This document shows, piece by piece, positions 17,775-27,417 of a DNA stretch of 64,000 bases (the first letter of the stretch is position 1; each line of letters begins with the position of its first letter). Under the pieces are notes generated by a model. That model saw only the letters and a program-made list of their open reading frames with translations. It was not told where the DNA came from and made no database searches. Location of the stretch: assembly GCA_026991575.1 (NCBI GenBank), contig JALXBF010000036.1, forward strand, positions 1 through 64,000, written 5' to 3'. Source of the DNA: Planctomycetota bacterium (GTDB lineage: Bacteria > Planctomycetota > Planctomycetia > JALXBF01). The position numbers and the translations under genes were made by a program.

Positions 17775-19169
17775 ATGAGTGATTCGGTCTCGGGGCCTCG
17801 CCCGATCGTAAAGCTGTTGAGAATCCTTGTCTCCTTTTCCCTGTTCGTCGGCTTGATCGCCGCCGGCTACGCTGGGATGCGCGTGCTGGCATCGCTGAAG
17901 AAGCCCCCGGCCCGGGGCGGTCAATCGGTGCCGCGGTTGATCGTCGAGGTTCAGCCTTTGCGGCGTACCGACTACGTCGAGTGGCTGCTTGGCTACGGAA
18001 CGGCCAGGGCAGTACGCGAGTCCACCGTGGTGGCCGAAGTCTCGGGCGTGGTGCAGTGGTTGTCGCCGAAGCTTGAGCCGGGCCGGTACGTGGAGGCCGG
18101 CGAGGAGCTCGTTCGGCTTGATGATCGAGACTACCGCCAGCAGGAGATGTCTACCCGGGCGCGGCTGGCTCAGGCCAAGGCGGCCCTGCGTCGGATCGAG
18201 ACGGTCATTGAGGGGCTGAAGGAGAATCTGGCAGCGGCCCGTGCCGAACTGGAAGCAACGCAGCGGCAAACCGAGCGGCTGCGCCGCGCGGTGGAACAGG
18301 GCGCCGCCTCTCCGAGCGACCTCGACGCGCAGCTGATCGCCCTCAAGGCGCGGCAGCGTACAGTCATCGGGCTCGAGTCGCAGCTGCGATCCGCCCTGCC
18401 CGACCTGGAGCAAGCGCGAGCCGAGGTGGATGCCGCCGAAGCCACGTTGGCCCAGGTACGCAATAACCTGGTGCGCACCGCGATCCGCGCCCCTTATGCC
18501 GGGTTCATCGTGGAGCGGCTCGCTCAGATCGGCGTCTTCGTGGCACCGGGCACGCCTCTGTTTCGCATCGTCGACCGCTCGCGCGTGGAAGTCCCCATCT
18601 CGTTGCCGGCAAGCCGCTATGGCCACGTGCGCCGCGATGCATCCGTCGAGGTACGGCTCAAGGAGGACGGCCCGGTGGTCTGGCGGGGTGTCGTCGCCCG
18701 CATTTCGCCGGAAATCGATCCCGCCTCACGCATGTTCCGCGTGTATCTGGATGTCAGAGGAGACGGTGCTGAAGCACCGATTGCGCCGGGAGCCTTCGTA
18801 TCGGCCCGCATCCAGGGCCGCGTCTTCGAGGATGTCTTCGTGTTGCCCCGAACCGCATTCATGGGGAGTCGCGTCTTTGTGGTCAAACCCGAAGGGAACA
18901 GTCCCGAAGTAGCAGTGGTCGAGGAACGGATCGTGGAGGTGGTTGAAGCGCTGCCCGATGTTGTACTGGTCCGCGACGGCGTGGCCGAGGGTGAAGAGTT
19001 GGTGGTGACCAACGTCGACCAGGTGGGTCAGGGGACCAGGGTGAGGGTCTATCGGCGAGAACAGGAAAGCACAGGCATGCTACCGCTGGAAGATCTGCTT
19101 GTCTCCCCGGAGGGCGATGCGGGGAATGCGCGCGGCCAGCTCGGCCAAAGCGGCTCTACCACCCCGTGA
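17775..19169 (+). CDS. RND efflux periplasmic adaptor (membrane fusion protein)
   Basis: N-terminal TM helix; VVAEVSGVV...G..V.AGEELVRLD; coiled coil; IRAPYAGFI. Confidence 0.9.
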   Translation: MSDSVSGPRPIVKLLRILVSFSLFVGLIAAGYAGMRVLASLKKPPARGGQSVPRLIVEVQPLRRTDYVEWLLGYGTARAVRESTVVAEVSGVVQWLSPKLEPGRYVEAGEELVRLDDRDYRQQEMSTRARLAQAKAALRRIETVIEGLKENLAAARAELEATQRQTERLRRAVEQGAASPSDLDAQLIALKARQRTVIGLESQLRSALPDLEQARAEVDAAEATLAQVRNNLVRTAIRAPYAGFIVERLAQIGVFVAPGTPLFRIVDRSRVEVPISLPASRYGHVRRDASVEVRLKEDGPVVWRGVVARISPEIDPASRMFRVYLDVRGDGAEAPIAPGAFVSARIQGRVFEDVFVLPRTAFMGSRVFVVKPEGNSPEVAVVEERIVEVVEALPDVVLVRDGVAEGEELVVTNVDQVGQGTRVRVYRREQESTGMLPLEDLLVSPEGDAGNARGQLGQSGSTTP

Positions 19170-19223
19170 CCAGCGTGCTCACGGCCGGCAGGTCCCGGGG
19201 AATTCCGCTGCGGGAGCACCGCT

Positions 19224-22200
19224 GTGAACCTACCGCGTTTCTCCGTGAACAATCCGGTCGCGGTCAACCTGCTAATGGCCGCCGTCTTGGTGGGTGGCGC
19301 ACTGGCCGCCGTGACCATCAACCGTGAGTTTTTCCCGAACATCCAGACCGACTTGATCGTGGTCTTCGTGCCTTACCCGGGCGCGTCACCGGAGGAGGTC
19401 GAGAAGGGGGTCACGCGGCCGTTGGAACGGGAGCTGATGGACCTGGAGGAGGTGGAGCAGATCCGGTCGCAGATCTACGAGGGCCTATCCATCACGGTGA
19501 TTGAGCTCGAGGAGGGGGCCCGTGGCACCGAGGTGGTTAACGATGTGCGGGGGGAGGTGGAGCTGGCAAAGGCGGACTTTCCGGACAGCGTCGAAGATCC
19601 GCGCATCGTCGTCGTGCGTCCCTTCATCCCGGTCATCGCGGTCGTGCTTCATGGCCAGGTCAGCGACGAGCAGCTGCACGAGGCCGCGCTGCGGATGCGC
19701 GATGACATCCTGTCCATTCCTGGCGTTGCCCGCGCCGTGGTCTCGGGCACGCGTGCTAAGGAGCTCTGGGCCGAGGTGCAGCCCGAAAAACTGGAAGAGT
19801 ATGGCCTGACGTTCGAAGAGGTCGGCCGCGCCGTGGCCTTGTTGAACGTTGACCTCCCGGGCGGTCGGCTCAAGAGCGCCGCTGGCGAAATCGGCGTGCG
19901 GACGCTGGGTGAGACCGACCAGGAAGAAGCTCTCGAGCAGCTTATCGTCCGTTCGACGCCCGACGGGGGAGCGATCCGCCTCGGTGATGTCGCCACCGTG
20001 CGTGAAACGTTCGAGGACACACCTGAGAAGGGCTACTACCGAGGCGAACCGGCCGTACAGATCCTGGTGTTCAAGACGCCGGAAGCGGATGCCATTAAGC
20101 TTTCCGAGACAATCAAGCAGTACGTTCGCCGGCATCAAAACCAGCTCCTGGGTGGGGCAATCAAGCTGACCACCAGCACGGACCTGTCCCGCTTCATTGC
20201 CCAGCGGCTCGACCTGATGATCCGAAACGCCAAGTGGGGCATTGTCTTCGTGGCCATCACGCTGGCCATCTTCCTGGACTTACGTGTCGCCTTTTGGGTT
20301 GCCTTTGGCCTGCCTGTCTCGTTCATGGGTACCTTCCTGGTTATGGCGGCAACCGGCGTGACGTTTAACCTGATCTCGCTGTTCGGTCTGATTATCGTGC
20401 TCGGCCTGATCGTCGACGACGCGATCGTGATCGGCGAGAACGTGTTCCGGCGGGCACGCGAGGGTGAGCCGCTTGAGGAGGCGGCGGTCAACGGCGCCAC
20501 GGAGGTCGCTCTACCGGTCGTTGCCGCCGTTGTCACAACGATTGCCGCGTTCGTGCCGCTGGCGTTCGTCGAAGGGGTCATCGGCCAGATGATGGCCGTC
20601 CTGCCGATCGTCATGTGTGCTGCGTTGGGCGTGTCGCTGATCGAGGCGTTCGTCATCTTGCCGACCCACCTGGCGCACACCCGCGACCGGCACCTGCTGG
20701 ACCGCTTCTGGCTCACCAGCCTGGCGAAGCGCCGCGTGAACGAGCTGAAGCGCAGCGTCTTCGACCAGTGGCTCCCGGGCGCGTACCTGGTGCTGCTCCG
20801 CTGGAGCCTGCGCTGGCGCTACCCGGTCCTGGCCGGTGTGATCGCCTGCTCCATGATCGTCGCCGGGCTTGTTCAGGGGGGCATCATCCCGTTCGTCTTC
20901 CTGCAAGAAGCGGACGCTGAGTCCATGTCGGTGACGGTGGAGATGGCTGCAGGCACGTCGGGTGAACGGACCACGGAGGTGATCAAGTACATCGAGCGAG
21001 TAATCACGGAGTTCCCCGAGGTGCGGCACGTGTTCGCCGTCGTGGGTCGGGCGGTCAACGAACGGGGGGAACTGCTGGCTGCTGAACCAAGCACGCTCGG
21101 CCAGCTCACGGTTGAGCTTCTTCCGGCAGATCAGCGGGAGCTGCGCGGACTGCGGACCAGTAAGCAGGTGGCAAACGAAATCCAGCGGCGTTGCGGCGAT
21201 CTGCCCGGGCTGAAGCGGCTGTCCGTCGTGACACACAGCGGCGGACCTGCTGGCCCGGACATTGAGATCCGGGTGCAGGGTGATGATCTGGAGACGCTTA
21301 CGCAGGCTGTGGCCTACGTCCGGCGTGAAGTGGAAAGCTACCGTGGGGTTACCGAAGTGGAGGACGATCTAAAGCTAGGCAAACTGGAAGCTCGCCTCCA
21401 GCTGCGGCCTGCCGCGCGCGCCCTGGGACTGACCACCTTCTCCGCCGCCATGCTTGTGCGCCACGCGCTGTTCGGCTTCGAGGCCCAGGAACTGCAACGG
21501 GAGCGGGAGGAGATCAAAGTCCGCGTGTTGCTGCCCGACGAGATGCGCCGCAGCTTCTCCGACCTGGGCCGCTTGCGCGTGCCCACCCCCAGCGGGCACC
21601 GCGTCCCGCTGGAAGAAGTCGTCACGTTCAAGACCGGCCGTGGCTACGCAACGCTGGCGCACGTCAATGGCCGCCGGGCGGTGACCGTCTCGGCAGAAGT
21701 CGACGAAGACGTTGCCAATGTGCGCGAGATCACGCAGAGCCTGGAGCAGCGCCTGGCCGATATCGGTCTCCGCTTCCCGGGCGTCACCGTCAGCTTCGAA
21801 GGACAGCGTAAGGAGACCGCCGAGGTGTTCGCCTCGCTGCGTATCGGCATGCCGGCGGCCTTGTTGGCAATCTACGCGATCATTGCCGTGGTCTTCCGGT
21901 CCTACATCCAGCCGATCATCGTCATGACCGCGGTGCCGTTCGGGCTGGTCGGCGCGGTCGTCGGCCACCTGATCACCGGTTACCCGTTCACCATGCTGTC
22001 CATGATCGGCTCGGTCGCCCTGAGCGGCATTGTGGTCAACGACGCCATCGTGCTGGTCGACTTCGTCAACCGTGCGCGACGAGAGGGTATGCCGACGCTG
22101 GATGCGGTTGTGCAAGGCGGCAGGCTGCGGCTGAGACCAATTCTGCTCACGACGGTCACAACCGCGGCGGGCATGGCGCCGTTGATGTTGGAGCGCAGCT

Positions 22201-22400
22201 TCCAGGCTCAGTTCCTCATTCCCATGGCAGTGGCCATTGTCTTTGGGCTGATCTTTGCCACGGGCCTCACGCTGATCGTTGTACCCATCCTGTACATGAT
22301 GCTCGAAGACGCCCGAGGCTTTGTACGCTGGCTCTGGACCGGCCGCTGGTCTGCACCCGAACTGACGCCGTCCCGCCGCGTCGAACCGCGGTCGGCGTAA
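19224..22400 (+). CDS. RND efflux permease (AcrB/AcrD/AcrF family)
   Basis: 1058 aa; YPGASPEEVE; GLIVDDAIVIGENV; GIVVNDAIVLVDF; RLRPILLTTVTT. Confidence 0.95.
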   Translation: MNLPRFSVNNPVAVNLLMAAVLVGGALAAVTINREFFPNIQTDLIVVFVPYPGASPEEVEKGVTRPLERELMDLEEVEQIRSQIYEGLSITVIELEEGARGTEVVNDVRGEVELAKADFPDSVEDPRIVVVRPFIPVIAVVLHGQVSDEQLHEAALRMRDDILSIPGVARAVVSGTRAKELWAEVQPEKLEEYGLTFEEVGRAVALLNVDLPGGRLKSAAGEIGVRTLGETDQEEALEQLIVRSTPDGGAIRLGDVATVRETFEDTPEKGYYRGEPAVQILVFKTPEADAIKLSETIKQYVRRHQNQLLGGAIKLTTSTDLSRFIAQRLDLMIRNAKWGIVFVAITLAIFLDLRVAFWVAFGLPVSFMGTFLVMAATGVTFNLISLFGLIIVLGLIVDDAIVIGENVFRRAREGEPLEEAAVNGATEVALPVVAAVVTTIAAFVPLAFVEGVIGQMMAVLPIVMCAALGVSLIEAFVILPTHLAHTRDRHLLDRFWLTSLAKRRVNELKRSVFDQWLPGAYLVLLRWSLRWRYPVLAGVIACSMIVAGLVQGGIIPFVFLQEADAESMSVTVEMAAGTSGERTTEVIKYIERVITEFPEVRHVFAVVGRAVNERGELLAAEPSTLGQLTVELLPADQRELRGLRTSKQVANEIQRRCGDLPGLKRLSVVTHSGGPAGPDIEIRVQGDDLETLTQAVAYVRREVESYRGVTEVEDDLKLGKLEARLQLRPAARALGLTTFSAAMLVRHALFGFEAQELQREREEIKVRVLLPDEMRRSFSDLGRLRVPTPSGHRVPLEEVVTFKTGRGYATLAHVNGRRAVTVSAEVDEDVANVREITQSLEQRLADIGLRFPGVTVSFEGQRKETAEVFASLRIGMPAALLAIYAIIAVVFRSYIQPIIVMTAVPFGLVGAVVGHLITGYPFTMLSMIGSVALSGIVVNDAIVLVDFVNRARREGMPTLDAVVQGGRLRLRPILLTTVTTAAGMAPLMLERSFQAQFLIPMAVAIVFGLIFATGLTLIVVPILYMMLEDARGFVRWLWTGRWSAPELTPSRRVEPRSA

Positions 22401-22410
22401 CCGCTTGCCG

Positions 22411-23844
22411 TCATGCTTCTGTCGGCTTCTGTCCTGCCGCAGCGGTGCGGTCGGTCGCCGGTTTGGCGCCCCCCTGACCGTTTCCCACCCGGATCCGAAC
22501 ACTGGCGGCATGTGCGGTCAGCCCCTCAACTTCGGCGAGCTCGTAGATCAGCGGAGCTACGTCGGCCAGGCCTGCCGGAGAGTACTCGATGACGCTGGTC
22601 CGTTTCAGGAAGTCGAGCGCGGTCAAGCAGCTTGCGTACCGTGCGCTTGAGCCTGTAGGTAACACGTGTGACGGGCCGGCGGCGTAGTCGCCGAGTGCCA
22701 CGGGGCTGTACGGGCCAAGAAAAACCGCGCCGGCGTTGCGGATCTGTTCTAGCAGGCTGCGAGGCTCTCTGGTCAGGATGGCGAGATGTTCCGGGGCGAT
22801 CTCGTTGGCCAGCGCCACGGCCTCGTCCCGATCGCGGGCAATGACGACGGCACCGAACTCTTCCAGCGATTCCCTGGCCAATTCGGCACGCTCGAGTCCG
22901 GCCAGCTGGCGGTCCAGCTCGCGCAGCACCCTGCCAACGAGTGGCTCGCTCCAGGTGATTAGGATGCTACATCCGGGGGCGTGCTCTGCTTGAGCAATCA
23001 GCTCGCTGGCCACCAGCGCTGCCTTCGCGGTGCGGTCCGCCAGGACGACCACCTCGGTGGGGCCGGCCAACATGTCGATCCCGACCGTTCCGAACACTTC
23101 GCGCTTGGCAAGCGTCACGAACAGGTTGCCCGGCCCCACGATCTTGTCTACCGGAGGGATACCATCGACGCCGTACGCCAGAGCGGCGACCGCTTGCGCG
23201 CCGCCGCAACGGTACAGTTCTCGGACGCCCAACTCGTAGCAAGTCGCGCGCACGTAATCGTTGTCAGCTCCGTTTGCCGTTGGCGGCGACACCACGGCGA
23301 TCTCCGAGACACCCGCCACCTGGGCGGGCACGACGGTCATCAGGATCGTCGAGGGGTAAGCTGCAGCCCCTCCTGGCACGCACACGCCAACCCGCCGAAT
23401 CGGAGTCCAGCGCAGTTCCAGCACGAAACGGTCCGCGTAGCTGAGCCGGGCGGACCGGGACAGCAATCCGCTGTGGAACCGCTCGATGTTCCGCCGGACG
23501 CGGCGCACGGTAGCCAGGAACGACCGCTCGACCCGCCGATGTGCCTCGCGCAATGCCTCTTCGGGAACACGAACCGTGCTGGGTGTCAAGCGGATGCCGT
23601 CCAGCTTCTCGGTGTATGCGGCCACCGCCTTCCAGCCTTTGTCGCGCACGTCTCGGCAGATCCGCTCCACGACCTGCCTCGGGCTCAACGGCTCACCGAA
23701 CACGGCCACCGTCTTCTTGCGGCCGGCAGCAGTGACCACGTCACCAGAAGGACTCAGCTTGCGACGGATCTGCGCGATCAGCGTGTGTGCTTTTCGGTCC
23801 GTGGTCTTGACGACCTGGATCGCTACGCTTCCAGTGGTCGGCAC
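22411..23844 (-). CDS. hisD: Histidinol dehydrogenase
   Basis: VGVCVPGGAAAYPST; GGAQAVAALAYG; KIVGPGN; DMLAGPTEV; AQAEH; APEHL; GDYAAGPSHVLPT. GTG start at 23844 after GGAG. Confidence 0.96.
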   Translation of the reverse strand: MPTTGSVAIQVVKTTDRKAHTLIAQIRRKLSPSGDVVTAAGRKKTVAVFGEPLSPRQVVERICRDVRDKGWKAVAAYTEKLDGIRLTPSTVRVPEEALREAHRRVERSFLATVRRVRRNIERFHSGLLSRSARLSYADRFVLELRWTPIRRVGVCVPGGAAAYPSTILMTVVPAQVAGVSEIAVVSPPTANGADNDYVRATCYELGVRELYRCGGAQAVAALAYGVDGIPPVDKIVGPGNLFVTLAKREVFGTVGIDMLAGPTEVVVLADRTAKAALVASELIAQAEHAPGCSILITWSEPLVGRVLRELDRQLAGLERAELARESLEEFGAVVIARDRDEAVALANEIAPEHLAILTREPRSLLEQIRNAGAVFLGPYSPVALGDYAAGPSHVLPTGSSARYASCLTALDFLKRTSVIEYSPAGLADVAPLIYELAEVEGLTAHAASVRIRVGNGQGGAKPATDRTAAAGQKPTEA

Positions 23845-23869
23845 CGAACAACTCCGATCCTGTATGAGC

Positions 23870-25591
23870 CTAGTCGCGGGGCGGCGTAGCAAGCTCAGGG
23901 CTGAAGAAACGCTGGACCAGCTCTCTGGGCGGGGCTGGCGTCAACAGGCTGACCACCACCAGGGCCACCGCTGCTGCCGCGAGCACCGCCGTAACGGGCA
24001 TCATACCTGCGATCAGGAAGGCATGGCCAGCGCGAGCGGCTGCCAGGGCATCGTCCAGCCAGTACAGCCACAGCGCCGCCACCGTCAGCACACACGCAAT
24101 CGCACCGTACTTGTTGCTGCGTGGCCAGTAGATCGCTGCGGCCGCAAGCGGGAACAGAGCGGCAAAGCCAGTAAAGCACCACACACCCAGCGGGAACACC
24201 GGCGCCGGAGCCCACAGCCCGATCAGCCAGGCTGCCAGCACCAGCAGCGTTACGAAGAGCCGCCCTAAGTAGACGCGCGTCCGGTCGCTGATCCGCTCCT
24301 TGCGGATGTAGTGGCCCACGATATCGTTGCTGAACATGCTGCTGAGGCACAGGAACTGGGAGTCCATGCTGGACATGATCGCTGCCAGGATGCCTGCCCC
24401 GAGCACGCCGGCCAGGACGGGCGTTGCAAACCGGAAGATCATGGCGGGCAACACCGCATTACGCGGAGTCGACTCCGGCAACACTGCCGCCGCCCACATG
24501 CCGATCAGCACGCAGGGCAACCAGGTAATCATGATGCAGATCGGGTGGGCCACCACCGGGAGCTTGAACGTCTCGGCCCGACGCGCGGTCAGCCAGTGTT
24601 GGAACAGATGCGGGAACATTGCCACGGATAAGGGGATGAAACAATAGGTGGTAAACTCCAGCCGGCCGATCAGTCCTTCGCGCGCCATTCTGGCCGCCGC
24701 ATGTGGGGTGGCGAGCACGCGGCTGGTTGCCTCCTCTGCTCCCCCCAGTCCGCGCATGATCACCACGAACGTCACCACGCCCGCCAGCATGAAGAAGACG
24801 GTCTGCAGAGTGTTGGCCCAGGCCGTTGCCCGCATGCCACCGGTAAAGACGTAAAAAAGCACGACCAGGCAAACCAGCCCTGTGCCCCACTGGTACGGGA
24901 GCCCGCCGTTCGGTGCCCGCCGAAACAGCTCGTCCACCGCCGCATGCCATTCGGGTTGATCGCTCCAGCGCATCAACTCACCGCGGCGGCGTGCACCGAG
25001 CGACCCACGAAGCACCAGCTCGCCCGCCTCCGCGTCCAGCTGAATCCTGTCTCGCCACTGCGGCGGTATCGTCACCCGACCGACATCGCCACGGAACGGT
25101 ACGCGCGTGATCTGGTCACTCATCGGGAACGCTTCCTGGGTGAGGATGTTCAAGACGCGGCCGGCTCCGATGACCCCCATGAGGATGTAGATGAGCACAA
25201 AGCCGCTGACCAGAACAAAGAGCAGCAGGCCGAGTAGATCGGACTGGTACCGCTCGCGGAAGAACGCGATCTGCGTCAGATAGCCATAGCGTTTCCCGTA
25301 CCACCAAACCCGCGCGCCGATGAGGAAAAAGCACGCGGAGTGCACGATGCCGGACCAGGAAGCCATTAGTCCGTAGACCCCAATGCCGCGCTCGAACGTC
25401 TCACCCGTGCTGCCGATGAGGGCGAAGGCCGTCATGGTGGTGCCGAACAGCGACATCAGCAACATGAACGGCCCGATCCCTCGACTGGCCAAGAAGTAAT
25501 CACCGGCAGTCACACGGAGCAGCCGCTGCGTGATGAGCCCCAGCACGAGCAACAGGCCCATGTAGCCCAACATGATCACCAGTGTGGTCAC
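23870..25591 (-). CDS. Sodium:solute symporter family protein
   Basis: DYFLASRGIG; YVFTGGMRATAWANTLQ; AAIMSSMDSQ; about 13 hydrophobic segments. Confidence 0.92.
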   Translation of the reverse strand: MTTLVIMLGYMGLLLVLGLITQRLLRVTAGDYFLASRGIGPFMLLMSLFGTTMTAFALIGSTGETFERGIGVYGLMASWSGIVHSACFFLIGARVWWYGKRYGYLTQIAFFRERYQSDLLGLLLFVLVSGFVLIYILMGVIGAGRVLNILTQEAFPMSDQITRVPFRGDVGRVTIPPQWRDRIQLDAEAGELVLRGSLGARRRGELMRWSDQPEWHAAVDELFRRAPNGGLPYQWGTGLVCLVVLFYVFTGGMRATAWANTLQTVFFMLAGVVTFVVIMRGLGGAEEATSRVLATPHAAARMAREGLIGRLEFTTYCFIPLSVAMFPHLFQHWLTARRAETFKLPVVAHPICIMITWLPCVLIGMWAAAVLPESTPRNAVLPAMIFRFATPVLAGVLGAGILAAIMSSMDSQFLCLSSMFSNDIVGHYIRKERISDRTRVYLGRLFVTLLVLAAWLIGLWAPAPVFPLGVWCFTGFAALFPLAAAAIYWPRSNKYGAIACVLTVAALWLYWLDDALAAARAGHAFLIAGMMPVTAVLAAAAVALVVVSLLTPAPPRELVQRFFSPELATPPRD

Positions 25592-25842
25592 CCGTTCACC
25601 TCCCCGGTCTCCGGCTGTTCTGTCGTGCGATCAAGCCCGCTGAGCGGGTCGACTGTCAGGATGGACGGCCAGCAGTACAGCGTTGCCAGGTACCAGAGCA
25701 AGCCGGCCGCGAGCGACACCAGGGCGTGCCAGGCAAGCCCGACGGGCAGGAAGCCGAGCACAACGGCCCGGCTGTCCCACCACCAGAAGTCCTGGTGCAG
25801 TACAGCCAGCGCTACCAGCAGCGCGGTGACCACACGACACAT
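25588..25842 (-). CDS. Small membrane partner of the SSS transporter (DUF3311-like)
   Basis: LHQDFWWWD...LGFLPVGLAWH; stop overlaps the SSS start; AGGAGGA SD. Confidence 0.85.
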   Translation of the reverse strand: MCRVVTALLVALAVLHQDFWWWDSRAVVLGFLPVGLAWHALVSLAAGLLWYLATLYCWPSILTVDPLSGLDRTTEQPETGEVNG

Positions 25843-25855
25843 CAACCTGGTCCTC

Positions 25856-27085
25856 CTACTCGGGCAGGGGGATCATGCGGGCCATGTCATCAAAGATGCG
25901 GTGCACGTCTTCGTTAAACACGTTACCGACCAGCAGGTCGACCAGTCGTTTGCGGTGCTCCGGATAGCGGCGTACAAACGCACCGAAGCTGAACTCCTTC
26001 GTGTAGAACGCCAGCACCAGGCGGCGAATCGCTTGGACTCCCTTCTTGAAGGCGGGTACCCAGGCGGCGATCGTCTCCGGCGCCAGGTTCCCGGAGGCGA
26101 ACCCGCTGAGGATAGCCGAAGCTGCCAGTTCGCCCGACTTCAACGCCAGGAACACGCCGCTGGAGTAGATCGGGTCCACAAAGCCGAGTGCATCGCCGAC
26201 GAGCAGCCAGCCTGGGCCCGCGGGCTGGCGCGTCGAGTACGAATAGTCTCGAACCGTGTAGTACGGCCCGAACTGGCGGCCCTTCGCCAACCGCCACTCG
26301 ATCGCCGGACAGTTGGCCACCTCCTCCTGGAAAATCTCCTCCGGCCGATTCGATCTCAGCAGGTAGTCCCGATCGCTGACGACGCCGACGGAAACGACAT
26401 CGTCCGGTAGCGGGATATACCAGAACCAGGCTTGCTTTTCGCGGGTGTGCAGGATCAGCGTAGCCCCTTCGTCGATGCCGGGCTCGCGATGCGCACCACG
26501 GTAATAGGTCCAGATGGACGCTTTCTTCAGCAACGGATCGGTCTCGATTAACCGGAACCGGCGGGCAATCAGCGCGCTCAACCCGCTGGCGTCCACCGTC
26601 AGCTTCGCCTCCACCGCCAGCGTCTCGTCACCGTTCGCTGTGGATCGAGCTTGGACGCCGCGTACCGCGTCGCCCTCCTGGATCAGGTCCACGACGTTGT
26701 AGCCACCCAGGAACTCGACGCCTGCCTCTCGGGCACAGTTCAGCAGCATGGCGTCAAAATCGGCCCGCCAGACCTGCCAGGTCACCGCGCTTTCATGCGG
26801 GTTGGTCTCGAAAAAGTAGAACGGAACCGACTCCTTGCCGCGGTGACTGACAAATTGCACGCTGTACTTGCGCGGGAACTTGCTGGCACGCAGCGCCGGC
26901 AACAATCCCAGCCGCTTGAACACCCAGTAGGTTTCTGGCATGAGCGATTCGCCGATGTGAAACCGAGGCGGCTGGTCTCGATCCAGGATGGCGACACGCA
27001 GCCCCGCGCGCGCAAGGAATGTGCCCAACGTCGTTCCCGCGGGGCCGGCCCCGATAATGGCAACGTCATAGACACGAGTGTTCAT
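25856..27085 (-). CDS. FAD-dependent oxidoreductase of the flavin-dependent halogenase family
   Basis: GAGPAG; PRFHIGESL; FPRKYS (position of the catalytic Lys); WFWYIP (WxWxIP); GDALGFVDPIYSSGV. Confidence 0.85.
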   Translation of the reverse strand: MNTRVYDVAIIGAGPAGTTLGTFLARAGLRVAILDRDQPPRFHIGESLMPETYWVFKRLGLLPALRASKFPRKYSVQFVSHRGKESVPFYFFETNPHESAVTWQVWRADFDAMLLNCAREAGVEFLGGYNVVDLIQEGDAVRGVQARSTANGDETLAVEAKLTVDASGLSALIARRFRLIETDPLLKKASIWTYYRGAHREPGIDEGATLILHTREKQAWFWYIPLPDDVVSVGVVSDRDYLLRSNRPEEIFQEEVANCPAIEWRLAKGRQFGPYYTVRDYSYSTRQPAGPGWLLVGDALGFVDPIYSSGVFLALKSGELAASAILSGFASGNLAPETIAAWVPAFKKGVQAIRRLVLAFYTKEFSFGAFVRRYPEHRKRLVDLLVGNVFNEDVHRIFDDMARMIPLPE

Positions 27086-27417
27086 GGCGACCAGTTCAGC
27101 AGGCGGGTGCACTGGGGAGGCTCGTAACACCGTCGCGAATCGTCTCTATGTAGGCTAGCCACGTGATCTTGCTGGGACAAGCGTTGCGCTGCTTCGGACC
27201 CATCTGAAGCTGCCGTCGCCGGACCCCGCATCAGGCGATCCGCGTGCGTTGGTCCGGCTTGTCTGCCGAGAAGCAGAAGCTATAGTTGTCCGGGCAACAT
27301 TCTCGCTACAGCGGGCAAAACTGATCGGGTAACGGGACCGGAGCAGTTCAGTACGGCTGCTGGCGGGCCCGAAACGGAAGGACGTGGGCCGCAGCCGTGA
27401 GACAGGGGGGGTACTTG

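Noticed and set aside
21375..22511. Long antisense ORFs (this one and 44740-45897, 51600-52628, 59501-60544, 62445-63626)
   Set aside because: They are shadows of well-supported genes, as expected in high-GC DNA, and carry no motifs.
27310..27400. GGGCAAAAC... followed by hairpins upstream of the protease gene, resembling a c-di-GMP-I riboswitch or hammerhead
   Set aside because: It lacks the GNRA-capped P2 with GACGCAAA and the CUGAUGA core; only a generic hairpin (cggctgc/gcagccg) is supported.
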